DNA of 64,000 nucleotides from positions 19,282,001 through 19,346,000 of the forward strand of contig NC_079166.1 of the NCBI RefSeq assembly GCF_947568905.1. The letters are read 5' to 3'. This DNA comes from Ostrea edulis. Its lineage: Eukaryota. Positions 48,582 through 62,339 of this stretch are shown here, in pieces (position 1 is the first letter of the stretch; each line of letters starts with the position of its first letter). A program made the translations under genes and the position numbers. A model generated the notes under the pieces. The model did not search any database and was not told the DNA's origin. It saw only the letters and a list, made by a program, of their open reading frames with translations.

Positions 48582-49335
48582 AGAAAACTAGAGCTTAGAG
48601 AAATGACTTTATCTGGGGAAGAAGGTGTACTTTTGTCGGAGTATAGAAACACCGACATCGTTGGAGAAAAATGTGAACCAACTGAATGAAAACTGTATTG
48701 TAGTGATGTATACTACGACTTATCCGAGCTTCTGTTTTATTGTGTAAGAAGTAACCATAAGACGTATGTTTCATCTGTCAGACATTTGTCAATGCTTATG
48801 TTTCAATCTGTGTTTTGAAAGGTGTAAAGCAGGAGAGATTTCTGTAGAAAGTTTGATGTTGTAGATCGGGGTTGTGCTTGGTCTGAACTATCAAATCACT
48901 AATTTATTTATTGCATGTTGATAAAACATTAGTAGGATTCCTTTTTAGTCCTTAGATTTATGTTCCTGTTATTTGTTATATATTAATGAAATGTTAATAA
49001 TATGGAGAAAAAAATCAGTTTTCGTGTCATTCTTTTCGACAGGTTCGTTAAAAGGTGAACATATTATATAGCAAAGAATTGATTCATTTTTATAATTCAA
49101 ACGTTGACATAATGGATTTATCCACCATCAGTTATCTTTCCATTCATTTTTGCGGAAGGTATTTTTACGACAACCTTAACTAGGTCTGTGAATACATAGA
49201 CTGGATTTTCTTTTTGTCGCTAAGCTTAATTTACCACGATCTGGTGCGTAAAACAAAATACAGTAGTTGATAAACAAATCTAATTCCTATTTCAGAGATG
49301 GGAATTTGCTATATTTTATCAAGAGTACGGAATAT

Positions 49336-49522
49336 TCCGTTTACCTGATCAAGCTGTATAGGGCGCACGGCGGGTGTGACCGGTCCATAGGGGATGCTTA
49401 CTCCTCCTAGGCACCTGATCCAACCTCTGGTATGTCCAGGGGTCCGTGTTTGTCCTATTCTTAATTTTGTATTCTATGGGATGCATGAGCTTGACCACTG
49501 TTTATTATCTTTCCTTTTTCAT
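49336..49522 (+). mobile_element. Naiad-like PLE 3'-end fragment
   Basis: Same family. Confidence 0.8.
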
Positions 49523-50257
49523 TAAATATGATTTAAATTTAATGGAATACCAATAGCGTTACGTAATAAGTGCTTTTTAAAGATAAACATTTAAAACATG
49601 TTTTAAATGAAAAGGCTATCGCTATCAACGACAGAATACGAAAATTTACTGAATATATGACGAGACTTCAATGGCCTATGATTTTCTCTAGAGGTGAATG
49701 GCTAAATTTAGCTTTTAAAAACGATCCTTCTTTCATAATTAATGAATTCTAAACTTATCTAAAATGTCAGTGCTGGACCTGACATTCATAATAAAGAGGC
49801 ATGTCTTCTTTTGACAGACAGATAGGTCAGGTTTAGAAGATAAATCATTCAAAAGGGACGATATTTTTTCAAACACAATATAAGTTTAATTATGAAAGTA
49901 ACTAATTTATTTGTGGCTGTGTTATATCGCCAATTATTACGTAACATTATCTAGCACAATTGAGACAATGGAATTGTAATTAAATCATATAATTGTATTC
50001 ATGGAAATTAATTACTGATAATATTTATACATCATACGCCGTGTTCTGGTACATGAAAAATAGATATTCTTCGCAGTGGTACAAACTGGTGTTAAAAGAC
50101 ATTCCGAAATTCCAAACCGTCGTTTTAAGGCACCCCGGTCCTCAGAAAGGTTCGGTAACTCGCAATGCAACAAAAAAGTAGTTTCAATCGAGGCAAGCTA
50201 CTGATAAATAAGTTGTTACAAGGATTTCAACAGTTTCTTTTAAAGTCAGAATTTCAC

Positions 50258-50548
50258 AAATTCTACGGTTGCTATAATGATCTAGTTTGCCAATACAACC
50301 TACGTTGTGTTCCATACTGATTCTTAGTCCGTTCTTTATGTTATGATTTTGACTGCGGATGACTCTATTACCTGATCAAAACATAGGACCCAAGGTGTGT
50401 GTGGCTGGTCGACAGGCGATGTTTACTGTTCTTAGGCACCTGATCCCACTCTGGTGTGTCCAGGGGTCCATGTCTGTCCAACTCTCTATTCTGTATTCTT
50501 TATGGAATATATAACATTGATTACTGCTCGTTATCTTCACATGTTCAT
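50258..50548 (+). mobile_element. Naiad-like PLE 3'-end fragment, old
   Basis: Degenerate; tail-to-tail with the next copy. Confidence 0.75.
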
Positions 50549-50574
50549 ATCAAGATGAATAAATAATATTCTAG

Positions 50575-50788
50575 ATGAAAAGGTGAGGAAAATGAACAGC
50601 GATCAATCCCACAACCCCCATAAGGAAAGTAAAATTGAGAGTAGGGCAAATACAGACCCCTGGTTACATCAGAGGTAGGACCCGGCCCCCAGGAGGAGCA
50701 AGCATTCCCCGCTGACCGACCATACCTGCCGTGAGTCCTAGATCCCGACCTTGTAAATGAAGCAATCCGCAGCCAAAATCAGCGTGTA
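50575..50788 (-). mobile_element. Naiad-like PLE 3'-end fragment, old
   Basis: Degenerate. Confidence 0.7.
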
Positions 50789-53177
50789 AAACACTGTATT
50801 AAACCAAATGCAAAATGTGAATATATAAATAAAACTATGCACGCTCTTATGCAATTACTTGACAGTATTGTAATCCGAAAGTATTTGTAAAAGGATATCA
50901 TCTTCAGGCTTAGAACTCTGTTTTAAACACCAACAGCTGGTGGTATCTAGGACTTGTCATCGCAGGTCAAGGGTTACATGTAAGGGGCGAGCATCTATGA
51001 TTAAAGCTGCCGCCAATTCTCGGAAGAAAGATAACTCTTGATCTTGAAGTGTAGATAGAATGTTTTTCGTACACTCTATATATGATATATTACTGGATGT
51101 AAAGCAATTTTTAACATTTTTCACAAACGTTAAATCAATCAATAAACATTTCAACCATATCAATATTTCGTTACACGGCAAACAAACCTGCAGAATTTAT
51201 TTATTGAATATAAACTGATGAAACTTGGATTCTATTATTCACTGTTTAGGTATTAAATGATCAATGCACTTATAAGATCACCTGGATAAAATGGTTCATG
51301 CAGATAATGTTCAATTCTTTCATATATTAATATTTACCATGTATAACTACAAAAATTAAAAACAAAACAATTGCATAATAAAAGGGAAAATATACAGTTC
51401 CATTTGTTACCACCTTAGAGTTGGCTGTTTATGTTTGTTTTGCGTTTTAAGAAATTTTATTTTTTGAATAATCGAAATTCAGCAGAGATCGATGTCGTTT
51501 TATGTTATATTTCAAGATTAAGAGATCAGTTTAATCATTTAGGTCTCAAGATTTTTTTATTTGAGTCAATTTTCAATGTGTACCTGATTGATTAATACTT
51601 GTAGATTGAATATAGTGAAATATACATGTTCACGCTGTACTATAGTGTATCGCAATCTGTATTGATCTGTATTTCTAAAGCAATGTCCTGGGCCAAATTA
51701 TTAGCTCTAAATCTTAAAAAAAAATTCATTTTGTATTCAAAATGTGATATTATGATAGTTTTGTATGTTACTTAAACCATAATCATTCATCAATTTAAGA
51801 TTTTATCAAAATAAAGATTTCGGTTCTATTGAATATACATTTATATAGCATTATATGTATATAAAAGTAAAGTTTTGCACGGGAAGACAATAATGTAATT
51901 TTGCTTCATTCAGAGCCTCTAGATAAATTTTCTAACACATATGTATATCAATAAGAAAAGTTTATAAACCTTTTTTTTCCTGTCATTAAAATAGTAAATC
52001 ACGTTTTTACAACAACAAAATTTCCGACACCAAAATGACAGGTAAAATTGTTTTAACTTTTGACAATTACGTAAAAATTTTATTACTGTATAATTTTTCA
52101 GCAAAACAATTTTTGAATTTTCTTTCGGAAGTACCAGAAATAAAACTTTAAATTTGTTTAGTGTGCGACTACATCGCATTTTTCGTCACGTATGCATTGC
52201 AGTACCGAATTTATATGTATGTGTGTATTTTAGTACCGAAATGCTGGAGAATCGATATATCATTCAAAGGAAAGTCACACGGTCTCCAAAAATAAATTCC
52301 CTTTGAATAATGTATCGAATATCTAGCAAAGTCGGTTCTACATTGCTATACATCCGATCGAAGCGGAAGGATAAATATTTAGAACACCTGGGTTGACGAT
52401 TCTGTTGTAGTCCTATCAAAACCTGCCATTTGTTTCTAAGTTCGCAAATCATAAGCTTTGGACAAACAATTAGCACAGGAACACACCCGTCACTTCGGTA
52501 CATCGGAACATGTGATTGATTTTTTTGTACTTACAAATACTGGTAACTTTAAAATTAAAGCATCCAGGATTTTTAAAACTTCAACAGGTACCAGCATGTC
52601 TCTACCTGCGGTATGTAGATATAGTAAATATTTAATCTTCTCTTGCATATCCGTACTAGCCATTTAAACGTGGATTTATTTTCTGTCAATGGGCCTTGTC
52701 ACGGCTTTATTCTTAAGAATTGAACTTCGCCAAGTTAATGTAAGCATAATGCCTGACGGTATGAGACGAGACTTTTCACAGAGTTCATCGACTAGGGCTG
52801 GTCTGCTATTGATTGCCAAGTTATTTCTTTCAACTTAAGAGTGTGTAAGAGGGAAAAACGAATTCCTCTGGGGTTCTATAACCACGTGTGTTAATTTTAC
52901 CTGATGAATATGTTATTAGATTGATTGATTTCGTGCTTTTGTTTTACCAACGTTGGACCATGAAGTCTCGAACGGGACAACCTTTATCAAAAGTTTTTCG
53001 GAAGTTTAAATAACCACGATAAAAACCCCTATTGTGTGTATTGATCAGACGAAAGGAATCGTGTTACGTGAAGGGGGTCAATTAGATATATATCACCCAG
53101 CATTCAGCATTAATTATGGATTGAAAGTTGATTAATTTTGCCGGGTATGGTGATTTTGGAAATGCTGCACAGGAGAA

Positions 53178-54014
53178 ATGTCTTTAGACGTGGATGTTTT
53201 TGATGGCGACTTCGCAAAATCCCGACTGTTTATCGCCATCACTGAGAGGAATCACCGGCGTGTATTGTCATTCATCAAGAAAGGTGATAATGTAAATACC
53301 AGGTGTAAGAAATCCGGAATGACTTACCTTCATGTGGTGATCAAATGTGCCTCTCCGATCTCCGAAACCAAATTTGTGCCAATTATTTACCTTCTTTCTA
53401 ATGCGGATATTGACTTAGACACATATGATCACTCAGGAATGAAACCACTTGTATTGGCAATCAAAAATAATTTGTTAGAAATGATGGAAGCTCTTATAAA
53501 ATGTGGTGCAGAATATATTGTTGATCCGGACGAACTCTTATTTTCCGGAATACGTGGCCCTTGCGTCTACGAGCTGATCAACAAGTATAAATTTTACAGT
53601 CCTGGGTATTGGAATGCAGTGAAAGAGGATAAAGCATTCCGGGTGAACATACTCGTCAGATCTTGGTGTCGAATCAATATTTCCCAAAAGGGAACCACTC
53701 TTATTGAATATGCCAAAAAATCTTTTGCCTGTGATAAAATTGTTCAACAGTTATCGAACAGCGAAGCTTCCATAGAATTCGCGCATGCGACAATGGCGGG
53801 GGATAAGTTCCGGATGAAATACCTCATGGACCACTACGAAATTGACATGAACGTGGCGGATTGTTCTCATAGAGATAGTTATTTTCAGCCCTACAGCCCC
53901 CTTTCGTTGTATGGAGCGGCCCTCAAATACGGTCATAAGGATATTCTAGGACTTTTGAGAACTGATAACGGTAACGAAACCAGCGTCCAATCAAGTATTT
54001 GTTCTGTTTCTTAG
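53178..54014 (+). CDS. Ankyrin-repeat protein, 278 aa, single coding exon, C-terminal CaaX
   Basis: LFIAI..GDNVN..SGMTYLH..DHSGMKPLVLAIKNNLLEMMEALIKCGA..AALKYGHKDILGLL; ends SSICSVS; AATAAA at 54053. Confidence 0.85.
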   Translation: MSLDVDVFDGDFAKSRLFIAITERNHRRVLSFIKKGDNVNTRCKKSGMTYLHVVIKCASPISETKFVPIIYLLSNADIDLDTYDHSGMKPLVLAIKNNLLEMMEALIKCGAEYIVDPDELLFSGIRGPCVYELINKYKFYSPGYWNAVKEDKAFRVNILVRSWCRINISQKGTTLIEYAKKSFACDKIVQQLSNSEASIEFAHATMAGDKFRMKYLMDHYEIDMNVADCSHRDSYFQPYSPLSLYGAALKYGHKDILGLLRTDNGNETSVQSSICSVS

Positions 54015-54499
54015 TCATGCACTTGTTTTACAATACTATTTGTTTCCCATGCAATAAATTGCCTCATCGAAACATCGATTTGTTGTCAAGAAAATTTAAA
54101 GCACATATTCTATTACAGGGCGTATTGAATGAAAGAATTAAATCTTGCACGGTAGTCAATTGTTTACTTTGAAATATCAATAGCCGATAAAACTTTCGCA
54201 GACGTCACTTTCGAAAAACACGCAGAGATAGGACATTTAAATGTATCAGAGTGAATGTTTAAATGGAATTATTTTGAAAAAAAAAAACCCTGAGATAATT
54301 CGAAATGCTACCAAATATCCTATGTACAAAATGTCATCTCACTTAACTTTCCTTTTCTAAACATGCATTTTGTTACATTGATCGTCTTAACTGTAGTGCA
54401 ATCTGTCTAATTTCAATATGTTTACATCATATTGTACATATTACTAGATGTCTAATACATTATACGAGACGACCGTGGTACGATGTCCAATTTCATTTA

Positions 54500-55330
54500 T
54501 GTATAGGTGGCAGAAGACAGTTTTTTGTTTTGGTTCTGAAATATGTGGGTAGAAGGTATACATTAAAGTCAGATTATGACAGACTAACAAATGAAAATCA
54601 TATTTCCCTTTTTATGTCAATACTTGTATTTCATATTGGTGTAGTTGATAAATTATTACCCTATATTAGATGCAATCTATACATACTAGTGCTGATGCAC
54701 AAAACATGCTCTGAGCAGATGCCCCTTTCTCGCTTTGATTTTCTCTCATTTGGGCTAATCCGCACCACCCCCACACCATCACAGTACCAAATATGGGGAT
54801 TTAGACACTGTGCACAATCAAGAACCCTGTCTGCCCTTCTTAAAAATCTACCTTTCATATGGGACCATCCACCTTCCCTCTTAGCTACAGACCTTTTGCT
54901 GGACCATGCATGTTTTCACCGGAATTTCTTCAGCAGCTGACCAAGTGTCTTAGTTTCGTATTTGCACCCATCTATATGCTAGGGATCATGGTGACACCTA
55001 CATGTTGTATATCAACATTTGACATGCATTCTTAAATTATTGTATACATTATTGGGGGGGGGGGGGGGGGGTGCGGATTAACCCAAATGAGAGAAAATCA
55101 AAGCAAAAACGGGACACCTGCTCAGAGTATGTGTTTTGCACCATCACCAGTATTTATAGATTACATGTAATTTGGGGTCATAATTTATTAACTACAACAA
55201 TATGAAATACAAGTATTGACATAAAAGGGAAATATGATTTTTTATTAGTCTGTCATAATCTGACTTTGATGTATACCCCCTATCCACATGTTTCAAAACC
55301 AAAGAAACTGTCCCCTGCCACCATACATGT
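54500..55330. mobile_element. MITE with ~270-bp diverged TIRs
   Basis: 54505-54770 is the inverted counterpart of 55060-55325 (GGTGGCAG..AAAGTCAGATTATGACAGACTAA..TTTGATTTTCTCTCATTTGGG). Confidence 0.75.
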
Positions 55331-55804
55331 ACGTTAAACGAGACAGTTTTAGTACGATATGTATGATTTCATAAATATGTATGCATTATACGAGACGATT
55401 GTTGTACGATATGTCTAATTTCATATAATAATTTTCGTATATATTATACGAGACGTAATTGACCGGTACAACAAGACACCACCAAAGCATGAAGTGTTAT
55501 ATGGGGGGTCATGAAATGTCAACATTTAATTATCTGCATATCTTATTCAACTCCACAAAATGTCTTGTAAAACCACAAGGTGTGAGGCTTATGACGCCCC
55601 CGTCAGAAGGAATTGAATGTATTAATACAACTGCAACTTTTTAAGCAAAAAATATTTAAATGGCACCCATCAACAGCTGTTTGAAATTCAAATGCAATAA
55701 GAATAAGGAAAGAAAGGTTCTATAAACTGTATGTTATAGAAACGAATATCATGTCTTCTTTTGACGTCCACGAAACAAAGATGTTGTCCTATTGTATTAC
55801 AACA

Positions 55805-56410
55805 CCAAAATAATGCCCTATCGTAACACAGCATCAAAATAAGTGTCCCATAGTAACACCAAACTAGTGTCCTATCGTGATACAGCATCAAAATAGTGTC
55901 CTATCGTAACCCAGCATCAAAATAAGTGTCCTATAGTAACACCAAACTAGTGTCCTATCGTAACACAGCATCAAAATAAGTGTCCCATAGTAACACCAAA
56001 CTAGTGTCCTATCGTGATACAGCATCAAAATAGTATCCTATCGTGACACAGCATCAAAATAAGTGTCCTATAGTAACACCAAAATAGTGTCCTATCGTGA
56101 TACAGCACCAAAATAGTGTCCTATCGTGATACAGCCTCAAAATAGTGTCCTATCGTAACACAGCATCAAAATAGTATCTTATCGTAACACAGCATCAAAA
56201 TAGTGTCCTATAGTAACACCAAAATAGTGTCCTATCGTGATACAGCACCAAAATAGTGTCCTATCGTGATACAGCCTCAAAATAGTGTCCTATCGTGATA
56301 CAGCATCAAAATAGTGTCCTATCGTGACACAGCATCAAAATAGTGTCCTATCGTAACATTATCATCAAAATTGTGTCTTATCGTATTACAATACCAAAAT
56401 ATTGTCCTAT
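55805..56410. repeat. Minisatellite A: 29-bp CAAAATAGTGTCCTATCGTGATACAGCAT with 24-bp variants
   Basis: Direct reading. Confidence 0.95.
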
Positions 56411-56489
56411 TGATTAAAGTAACTTATATGTATATGTTTTCCTGACTTACAAGTGTCATAACTTGAATATGTGTCCCATCCTAAGTTAC

Positions 56490-57365
56490 ATGTGTCCTAC
56501 CGTAATATCGTAACTTACATGTGTTCTATCGTAATATCGTAAATTACATGTCTCCTATCGTAATATCGTAACATACATGTGTCCTATCGTAAATTACATG
56601 TCTCCTATCGTAATATCCTAACTTACATGTGTCCTATCGTAATATCGTAACTTACACATGTCCTATAGTAATATCGTAACTTACATGTGTCCTATCGTAA
56701 TATCCTAACTTACATGTGTCCTATCGTAACTTACATGTGTCCTATCATAATATCGTAACTTACATGTGTCCTATCGTAATATCGTAACTTACACATGTCG
56801 TATAGTAATATCGTAACTTATATGTATCCTATCGTAATATCGTAACTTACATGCGTCCTATCGTAATATCGTAACTTACATGCGTCCTATCGTAATATCG
56901 TAACTTACATGTGTCCTATCGTAACTTACATGTGTCCTATCGTAATATCGTAACTTAAACGTGTCCTATCGTAACTTACATGTATCATATCGTTATATCG
57001 TAACTTACATGTGTCCTATCGTAACTTACACATGTGTCCTATCGTAATATCGTAACTTACACGTGTCATATCGTAACTTACATGTGTCTTATCGTTATAT
57101 CGTAACTTACATGTGTCATATCGTAACTTACACATGTGTCCTATCGTAATATCGTAACTTACATGTGTCATATCGTAACTTACATGTATCCTATCGTTAT
57201 ATCGTAACTTACATGTATCCTATCGTTATATCGTAACTTACATGTGTCCTATCGTAACTTACATGTATCCTATCGTAATATCGTAACTTACATGCGTCCT
57301 ATCGTAATATCGTAACTTACATGTGTCCTATCGTAACTATCGTGTATCCCATCGTAACGTACATG
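56490..57365. repeat. Minisatellite B: 29-bp CGTAATATCGTAACTTACATGTGTCCTAT with 21-bp variants
   Basis: Direct reading. Confidence 0.95.
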
Positions 57366-57384
57366 TGTCCTTTTCAAATCCTTC

Positions 57385-57450
57385 ATGGTGACGTCTCCAA
57401 ATGAGTGAAAAATTCTCAAATGTGACTCTAAACAATATACAACCAACATA
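57385..57450 (+). mobile_element. SINE 3' tail fragment
   Basis: GGTGACGTCTCCAAATGAGTGAAAAATTCTC..TAAACAATATACAACC. Confidence 0.65.
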
Positions 57451-57834
57451 CCTTCTTTCATTACATCACTTATCGGTAAGATTTTATTTTCGTGGAGTTA
57501 AATTTTCATGGTTTTAGTAAGCTACATGTAAGCCTCATTGTGGGACTTTGATTTCGCGGCTGAGGAGTTGCTACTCATTATCATGGACCATTTTCTTTTG
57601 TTTGTAGATAATTTGAATTCAAGATTCATTTGGTCATTCTAAGAAAACCACAGAAATTAATTCCTCTAAAGTTAATAGATTGATATTTCGCGATACTTTA
57701 TTTAGAGACAAGCTCATTTTGCTTTGATAGATTTATTCGCTAGAATTCGTTTTATTCATCATTTTGGATGCAATACAATTTCCTCGGTAGCTAAACAGTC
57801 TGTATGTATTGATACAATGATTCAAGTACGAGAT

Positions 57835-58085
57835 CCCCGTGGGGATCCGGGTTAGAAGAGGTCCTCATTACCGCTTGCTTGTCGTAAGAGATTAAAATAT
57901 AAATGGGGTTGTCCTTCGGATGAGACCGCAAAAATCGAGGCCCCGTGCCACAGCAAGTGTGGTACGATAAAAATCCCTCCCTGCTCAAAAGCCGTAAGCG
58001 CTGAACATAGGCCTAAATTTTGCAGCCATTCACCGGCAATGGATACGTCTTCATATGAGTGAAAAATTCTCGAGAGGGACGTTAG
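57835..58085 (+). mobile_element. SINE (CCCCGTGGGGATCC-start subfamily)
   Basis: Collinear with 36097-36369. Confidence 0.85.
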
Positions 58086-59156
58086 ACTTTATTTTTCACG
58101 CCATTTCAACCTTGGGACTCTTCATAAAAATAAAATATATTGAATACAAAAAGTTGAGTTTTTTTTATGAAAGCATACCTTCTATGTACAAATAAGAAAC
58201 TTGTGGATTGATATTCCTATGATTTACGTCTTCATTTAGAGCATCCTAAATGTGATATAACATCAAATATGTGTTTTGTGTTTCTAAATAAGACACCAGT
58301 TCTTATTTATAGCAGTTATAATGATTTACAGGCATGTACCGTCTTAAGGAGGTGTGCATCATGAATTCGTCATATTGTCCTCGTAATGCATGTAAAATTT
58401 GAAATACAGCATATTTCAAATACTAGTATTCCTATGCATATGGAGATTTCTAATGAACTCAATAAATTACCTCGTTATGGACCCTGTGACTACACAATGA
58501 TACGCTAGACAGTGTCACTCAAATAATTTACATGTTTTTCAACGCCATTTTTCATGGACTGTAGACTTCTACTGGGAGATGAAGTCACTTCAAACTTAAA
58601 GGAAGACAAACACTCGTTTATGACATGTCTGACGAGAATTAGCATAAAAAAGGGCTCGCAGCTTTCCATCTACTCTCTTAGATTTCCTTAATTAGATTCA
58701 TTAAATTAAAGCATTTCTGAAATTATATAAGGGTATGACATTGTTTTTGAGATTGTCCAGTCAGATTACTCCGCGTTGTGAGACGGTCGTGACCCCCGCC
58801 GACTGTTTGTAATGTCTGTGTAGGCTTTCATAGGTAGTGATGTTTACACTTGAATGAACTGTTTTCTGCACGAGCTTTCATTTAGAAAAGTGGGGAGTTT
58901 GTTATTACTTTTGAAATATGTGTGGACTTTAATAAGATGAATCAGTGTCTGAGTCAAATTAGAATTAAATGTAGAACACAAAAGAATTAATCAAATTAAA
59001 GAACAGTATATGTGTATACAAACAAATAAAATCTTTTGCGGTTTTCAAACGTCAACAACCACACTTATTGCATGCAACTACGGGCGTTTTGAAAAGATGT
59101 CAAACATTTTGTTTTTATGTTTGTTAGTTGTGTTTGTCTTATTGTTTATCTGTTGT

Positions 59157-59162
<6 letters not shown>

Positions 59163-59231
<69 letters not shown>
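59163..59231. repeat. (CA)n(TA)n microsatellite
   Basis: Direct reading. Confidence 0.95.
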
Positions 59232-59881
59232 GATTTTACGATACAAAATTCATAAATTCCCATTGTTTCATTGATTGGTTTATTTAAGTAATGTTGTAAC
59301 CTAAAATGATCAAAATACGGTATGGCATATTTTGTTTTTAGATACATATGTACCAGACATTCTGTGGTGATATATTAACATCTTTACCAACAACAGGAGA
59401 AGTTGCTGCTGATTTGATTAATTTTCCTATCTTTTCCCTTTGTAAAGCAACTTCTTCAAATGTAAAGTACATGTACATTTTACTTCAGAAAATAATGGCC
59501 GAGTTAGTTGTTTTGTCGTGATTAAATATTTACATTCTTCGATATCTTTACCATAGTCATTTCCTCATGAATGTGAGGAATGTGCATGTGAATCTTGGTA
59601 AACATAGTACGACTATTTTAATGGTTGGTAATATTCCTACAGAAATGAAAGTAAAATGTAAACGTAAATTTCATTTTTTAATAAATGCATGAGAGTATGA
59701 ATTGCAACGCTTCACGCCGCATACTTTTTACGACGTGTTAACGCCGGCGTAATTAAAGCGTTGCAGTTCATGCCCTCATTCAATTCATTTCTTAAATATC
59801 TTACATCAACTGGATATGCACGAAGTTTCAAAGCTCTGATTTCCAAATAAAAGAATACTGAAAGACCTAAATGTGATAAAG

Positions 59882-60182
59882 ATGAAAAAGTGAAAACAAC
59901 GAACAGTGATCAATCTCATAATTCCTTCAAAGAATACAGAATTAATCTTGAGTAAGGCAAACACGGATCCCTGGAGATACAAGAGGAGCATCCACTGCCG
60001 ACCGGTCACACCCGCCCTAGCCCTATATCTCGATCGGGTAAATGGAGTTATCTGTAGTCAAAATCAGTGTGTAAAAATTGGCCTCCATTGGTATGAAACA
60101 TGTCAGAGAGCATTTGACGTAAGGGCGGGTTGTATTGGTAAATTAGATCGTTATAACGACCAATCAAATGAGACTGTTGAAA
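59882..60182 (-). mobile_element. Naiad-like PLE 3'-end fragment, degenerate
   Basis: Same family with deletions. Confidence 0.75.
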
Positions 60183-61774
60183 GATCTAATATGAACCCTC
60201 ACAGTCGTAAACATCAATCTCAACTTTTTAAACTTTTATCTCACAATAAGCATTGCAAGATATTTACAAGCAAGTGTGCTTTCCTGTCATCTGATGTAAC
60301 ATTTTACTCCCAGTCGTCGTTATGGTGAACCAATGATATCTGCCAGACAATTTGAACTTTTGGTTGTAGGGTTTTCCTTACACACCTGAATGTGTGAACA
60401 CGCGTCGGAGATATGAAACCCCAGCTATTCTCATAATTTATAATACAGCGTCAAAGAGCATATGTTATCTTACATTGAAATGGGCGTGCTCAGATAAAAA
60501 AAAAAATACCATTCATCCATTTTATTCTATATGTGAATTAGGACGAGAAAAATATCTATGATGAACACAAAACTGCGCATTCGATTTCCATTTCCCGAAA
60601 TCTTTATAACATTGAATTTACATACGGCCACAAAGAGCGAACAGCATCGTAACTGTTTTGTTTTATTTGATTTGTCGCAACTTCAGCTGTTGATGAACAT
60701 AAAAATCAAGATTCTACTTTTTCAAATTACATTTATTTTCTGACAGCCAAAATAGACAGTGTTACACGCACCGAAGGCTAAATTAGGAAACATGCTTGGA
60801 GAAATTAAAATAAAAAAAAAACTTGCTTAAACAGTAAACAGGTTTTGACACTATAAGTCCATTATTAATGTTTCGATTTATCAAAAACAAGAATAAGTGA
60901 AACTTTGACTTTAATTAATATGGTTGAATGGATATTGTAATAATCATATTTTAAACCAAACAATATTTAGAAAATATGGGGAAAACAAAAACCAACAATA
61001 ACAAATTTTAAAAACCAACAACAACAACAACAACAAAAAAAAAAGATCAATAGATAGAAATGGCAACTACACAAAACACAATTTAATCTGTTCTTTTATT
61101 TTTTATTTATTTATTTATACTTTGCATTAAATACACGTGCCTTAATCGTAAAAGTGCAATTTGCTTAATTGGATGAATGTTTTAATCAGATCCCTGATGT
61201 TTCAATTATCTTAATAATTATAATTAACCTATACCGCAATTATCCACACTAAACGTCAGTCCTGACGCTTCAGTTTGTGGCTCAAGGCAAGGTATACATA
61301 TATAACAACATGTATCTATATTGGTCCAAGACAAAGAAGACTGCTCCCCAAAACCAAAGCTCTAAATATCATCGTCGTGAATCAGTTCTCTGTATATCGC
61401 ATCCAAAACCTATATACAAGGATAAAATAACGAGAAAGCTCTACACAACTGCACTGCCTTGTATTGTACAACTTATTGGAGCTTGTCTTTATCGTTTAAT
61501 TTTCCATTTTATGTCAGGAAATATCCATTTTTGATATTCCTAGACTTCTTGCAGATTCATCAGGATCCATACGTGTATTGTTCACAACTGCATTGCATTC
61601 ATGAGGAAATGGCTATCGTTACAAATGTTAACGATATCAAAGACAAAAATAATTGGGAAAGAAAAATATTATATATAGTTTTGTACTGCAGTGATATTTG
61701 CATTTTTAAACACACACACATTGCATATAATCATGATATTGAATCAATACCTTATTATCATGCTACAAGTTGAT

Positions 61775-62130
61775 CGGTCGTGGTGGCGCGCTCGCGGTGT
61801 CAAACCTCAGACGCATCCTGCGCCGCGTCAAACCTAAGAAGTGACTTATTCGTCGCGTCAAACCTAAGAAGTGACTTATTCCTTAGTGACTTATTCGTCG
61901 CGTCAAACCTAAGAAGTGACTTATTCGTCGCGTCAAACCAAGAAGTGACTTATTTGTCGCGTCAAACCTAAGATGTGACTTATTCGTCGCCGCGTCAAAC
62001 CGGAGACGTACAAAATCGACCATGTCTGTTTCTTCGCCAATTTCCCGGCTGAAGAAATGAAATCCACGGTTCTTTTGGATATTGCCCAAATAAAATGGAT
62101 ATCCCCTGTCGCGGTAAGTATTGGAACGGT
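61775..62130 (+). mobile_element. Degenerate SINE containing a 30-bp minisatellite (61821-62000)
   Basis: Unit CGTCGCGTCAAACCTAAGAAGTGACTTATT; downstream CTTCGCCAA..TTCTTTTGGATAT..TGTCGCGG matches the SINE body. Confidence 0.7.
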
Positions 62131-62260
62131 ATTCGCAATACTCATTACAAACCCCAACGTATTTACAGCAGTAAATGTATTGCTATACTAGTATATGATA
62201 TTTTGTGCAAGGTAGATAGTTGATGAATTTTAACTCGAACACAACGTTCTTGATGAAAAA

Positions 62261-62338
62261 CATCTTCGCTAGCTAAGGGTGATGATCCACGGTGTTTAGA
62301 GAAACACCGTGGATCGTCACCCTTGGCTAGCGAAGATG
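62261..62338. mobile_element. 78-bp hairpin element with a perfect 9-bp TSD
   Basis: CA..TG ends, 37-bp arms, 4-nt loop; GATGAAAAA at 62252-62260 and 62339-62347. Confidence 0.85.
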
Positions 62339-62339
62339 G

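Noticed and set aside
58629-58665. CTGACGAG...CTC as a further hammerhead
   Set aside because: Followed by GCAG rather than GAAA, and no stem I.
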